Below, piece by piece: positions 31,396 to 34,148 of a DNA stretch of 34,148 nucleotides. The number at the start of each line of letters is the position of its first letter. The first letter of the stretch is position 1. Under the pieces are notes generated by a model. The model searched no databases and had not been told where the DNA came from. It saw only the letters and a list, made by a program, of their open reading frames with translations. The position numbers were made by a program, and so were the translations under genes. The stretch comes from a virus (Duplodnaviria > Caudoviricetes): positions 1 to 34,148 of the IMG/VR virus record IMGVR_UViG_3300037467_001799. One strand, written 5' to 3'.

Positions 31396-32625
31396 TTATC
31401 GCGTCCCTGCCAAAACGAAGCCAATGTCTGCCAGCGTGGCATCGGCCGTGCCGGGCCCGATGATTGATAGCAGATCCCCAGCGGCGAATGACACAGCGGT
31501 CCCACCGGAAGATGTGAATGTCGCGGTTGCTCCCGCCGCAGCGAATGTCGCCGTGCCGACCGACGTTCCGTTCTTCTGGATGTCAAAAGCCGTTGACCCA
31601 GTCGCGTTGGCACTAGCCTTGCCGAGGCTGTTGGCGAAGTTCGCCGGGAAGGTCACGGCACGGGCGATGGGGATGCGCAAAATCTTGGCGGAGGCTGTCG
31701 GGACGCCAGGGTAGAACGCCATCACGTCATACGGCGCATTCGCCCATTTGAGTCCGGTCGTCTGCGTCGAATCTGCAGTGAGAACCTGGCCGTCAGTGCC
31801 GACGCCAAGCCGCGCGTCTGCCGTCGTGTAGGTGTAGAGGTCGCCCTTGGTGGTCAGCGATGACGTGAACGTGGGTGACGCCCACGCTGGGTTTGCCCCC
31901 GTGCCCAGCGTTTTGAGGAACTGCCCGCTCGTGCCTGCCGCGAGCTTGACTATGTTCGTCCCGTTGTAGTAGAGGATGTCGCCTTGGGCGTAAGTGATGC
32001 CGGCGAGATCTGCGAGCTTGGAGTTGTAGGCCTGCACATCGGAGCCGATGGCGACTCCCAGAGCAGTGCGCGCAGCCGAGGCGCTGGTCGCTCCGGTGCC
32101 GCCGTTCGCCACCGGCAGCGCCGTGCCGCTGTAGGTGATGGCGAGCGTGCCAGAGCCAGTCACCGGTGAGCCGGCGACGGAAAAGACAGAGGGAACGGTC
32201 AGGCCGACGCTGGTGACGGTGCCGGAGCCGTTGCCGCTGCCGATCCCCGTCGTGCGGTAGTCCGTGTAACTGGTTGGCCCCGAGCCGTCGCACACCACGG
32301 CGTAGAGCGCCTTCGCGCCGCCGGTCAGGGGGGACGGCCAGCCGGAAGGAGCCGAGGTCGTCACGCTGACCGTGCCGTCCGTCTCCTTGATGTAGTTCGT
32401 CGCCGAGGCGGTGAGCGACACCGTGCCGTTGGCGATGGTGCTGATCGTGCCGTCGGCCTTGCGGTACTTGCCGCCCAGGTAGCCAAGCGTCAGTGCCGCC
32501 GTGGTGTCTGGGTTAATGCCGAAGATCGATGCCGGCGAGCTGGCGCTCTCCAGATCGTTGAACAGCACCTCTTTGGCGAGCTGCCCGGTTGCCATCTGAG
32601 GCAGGTTGGAAGTCGAGTCGGCCAT
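31396..32625 (-). CDS. tail fibre protein
   Basis: GTVTSVGL, LPVANGGTGA, TTKGDL...RLGVGTDGQVL repeats. Confidence 0.85.
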   Translation of the reverse strand: MADSTSNLPQMATGQLAKEVLFNDLESASSPASIFGINPDTTAALTLGYLGGKYRKADGTISTIANGTVSLTASATNYIKETDGTVSVTTSAPSGWPSPLTGGAKALYAVVCDGSGPTSYTDYRTTGIGSGNGSGTVTSVGLTVPSVFSVAGSPVTGSGTLAITYSGTALPVANGGTGATSASAARTALGVAIGSDVQAYNSKLADLAGITYAQGDILYYNGTNIVKLAAGTSGQFLKTLGTGANPAWASPTFTSSLTTKGDLYTYTTADARLGVGTDGQVLTADSTQTTGLKWANAPYDVMAFYPGVPTASAKILRIPIARAVTFPANFANSLGKASANATGSTAFDIQKNGTSVGTATFAAAGATATFTSSGGTAVSFAAGDLLSIIGPGTADATLADIGFVLAGTR

Positions 32626-32636
32626 GTGGCTCCCAC

Positions 32637-32663
32637 AAAAGAAAAGCCGCCCGAAGGCGGCTT
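32637..32663 (-). terminator. intrinsic terminator with UUCG tetraloop
   Basis: AAGCCGCC-TTCG-GGCGGCTT-TTCTTTT. Confidence 0.85.
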
Positions 32664-32682
32664 GCGTTGGTGCTGGCGTGGC

Positions 32683-34148
32683 TCAGATCGAGCCGTCTGC
32701 TGGTCGGCCCCGGCCTACGATGGCCGAGAGTTCGTAGACACGGAAGTAGATGGTGTTGCCCGGGGTGAGTCCATCTGCCGTCTGGCTGGCCGCAGAGTAG
32801 CTGCAGGTCGGCGACGTCAGCCCCATGATCGTTCTGGCGATGGTCGTGCGCGCGCTGCTCGTGAAGATCTCGACCTCGTAGGCTTCGCTGGCCTCGGTAA
32901 TGATTGCGGCCGCCCCGCTGCGCCATTCGTTGCTCTTGCGCGCGCAGGGCATCCACTTCAGAGTCGCGTTGTTCGACGCATCGCGCCCTCCGCCAAGGTG
33001 GACCGGCGGATAGGGCTTCAGGGAATTGCCTTCGTTCGTGAAGTCCTGCGCGCTGGCGCTCGCCAGGGTCATGCCGTTGGTGACTGCCTTGTAGATCTTG
33101 GGCACGCCGAGATCTGCCGTGCTCTGCACCACTCGAGTCATCGTCGCGAGGTTCACCAGCACGAACCGCTCGCCGGCAACGTGCTGACTCTTGGCGTTGC
33201 CAGTGCCGCGCTGTCCGCGCACGAAGGTGCGGATGTTGTATGAACCGTCATCCTGCACCGGTGCATCGCGGAAGAACACGACCTCATCACCGATGACCGC
33301 CATGTTCACGCCGGAGCGCAAGCCAGCGTTGGAAGTCGAGGACAGCGTGCCGTGCGACAGCCTCACATTGACGTGGCTGAGGAAGTCGGTTCCGTTGCCT
33401 TGGAAATCCGCCAGGGCGTCCGTCGTGACACCCATTGCCGTCTCGCCGCTGGTGATGGTGAACGCAACGCTGAACGTCGCGCCACCATCGACGGACACGT
33501 AGACGGTGCAGCCGGTCCAATTGGTCGCCGTCGGGTCGGCCGCGCAGGTAGCGGCCCAGATGCCAAGATCGTCGTCCGCATCGCGCAACATGCCGACGTC
33601 AAGCAGCTCCAGCAGGGTGAGCGACTGCGTATCCACCGTCTCGTCCGGCGGCGGCGTCTCCTCGACGATCACGTTCGGGATGTAGGTGTCGCTGTCGTCG
33701 CGCACCGCCTCGAACACCTGCACGCCGTTGTCCTTCTGCGTCTGCTTGGTCAGGCGCATGGTGTAGCCCTGCACGCCCACGAGGTCGGTGGGCATCAGGT
33801 AGGCGTACTTGCGGCCCAGCTGCAGCCGGTAGGTGACGCGGCCGATCCACTGGTCGTGCAGGTTCACAGCGGCGATCTCGGCCGCCTTCAGGTCGGTGAA
33901 GACCATGGGCATCTCCAGCCGCGCCTCGTCGCCGCTGTTGCCCACCAGCCGGCGCGCGTACTTCGTGGCCGGGGAATACTTCGTGGCCGCCAGCACGTAG
34001 TTCACGCTGAACGTGCGCGGCAGGTGCTCGTCGTCATCCCGGTTGGTGTCGTAGTGGCCGGGCGATTCCTCGCCGGAGCCGTGCGCGCCGAGATCGTCGT
34101 CCGGGATCTCCACCGCGATGTCGCCGCCGCGCTTGATGAACCTGATCT
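32683..34148 (-). CDS. tail tip / host-specificity protein (GTA-like phage tail family), 5' end outside the window
   Basis: LPRTFSVNY, AVIGDEVVFF, RGQRGT, HVAGERFVLV, YEVEI. Confidence 0.85.
   Translation of the reverse strand, partial: IRFIKRGGDIAVEIPDDDLGAHGSGEESPGHYDTNRDDDEHLPRTFSVNYVLAATKYSPATKYARRLVGNSGDEARLEMPMVFTDLKAAEIAAVNLHDQWIGRVTYRLQLGRKYAYLMPTDLVGVQGYTMRLTKQTQKDNGVQVFEAVRDDSDTYIPNVIVEETPPPDETVDTQSLTLLELLDVGMLRDADDDLGIWAATCAADPTATNWTGCTVYVSVDGGATFSVAFTITSGETAMGVTTDALADFQGNGTDFLSHVNVRLSHGTLSSTSNAGLRSGVNMAVIGDEVVFFRDAPVQDDGSYNIRTFVRGQRGTGNAKSQHVAGERFVLVNLATMTRVVQSTADLGVPKIYKAVTNGMTLASASAQDFTNEGNSLKPYPPVHLGGGRDASNNATLKWMPCARKSNEWRSGAAAIITEASEAYEVEIFTSSARTTIARTIMGLTSPTCSYSAASQTADGLTPGNTIYFRVYELSAIVGRGRPADGSI

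Overview
A high-GC temperate (lambdoid-organised) phage segment, probably of a Burkholderiales host. Left to right: a leftward nin-like and replication block (LuxR-type HTH, DUF1364, SPFH protein, DUF4406, DUF1367, NUMOD3/PD-(D/E)XK nuclease, primase-helicase, O-like initiator); a cro/cI switch with a 12-bp operator motif; a rightward early operon (many small genes, Bet, YqaJ exonuclease, PAPS-reductase-family protein, DUF4224 Xis-like gene, tyrosine integrase); an attP matching the 3' half of tRNA-Asn(GTT); a short accessory island (ligase remnant, RHH regulator, HNH-AP2); and the end of the leftward late operon (tail tip, tail fibre, tandem discoidin protein, antisense acyltransferase moron, lysis cassette). 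Phage genes flank attP on both sides, so this looks like the excised or virion form. Best candidates for something undescribed: (1) a coupled HEXXH peptidase / HTH-metallophosphoesterase / 2-TM / DUF6378 module after the spanins, ending in an anti-SD structured RNA; (2) 16-17 bp gene-junction duplications bracketing inserted genes; (3) an AT-richer block pairing a glycan-binding tail module with an O-acyltransferase. All family calls are from motif recognition by eye; no searches were run.
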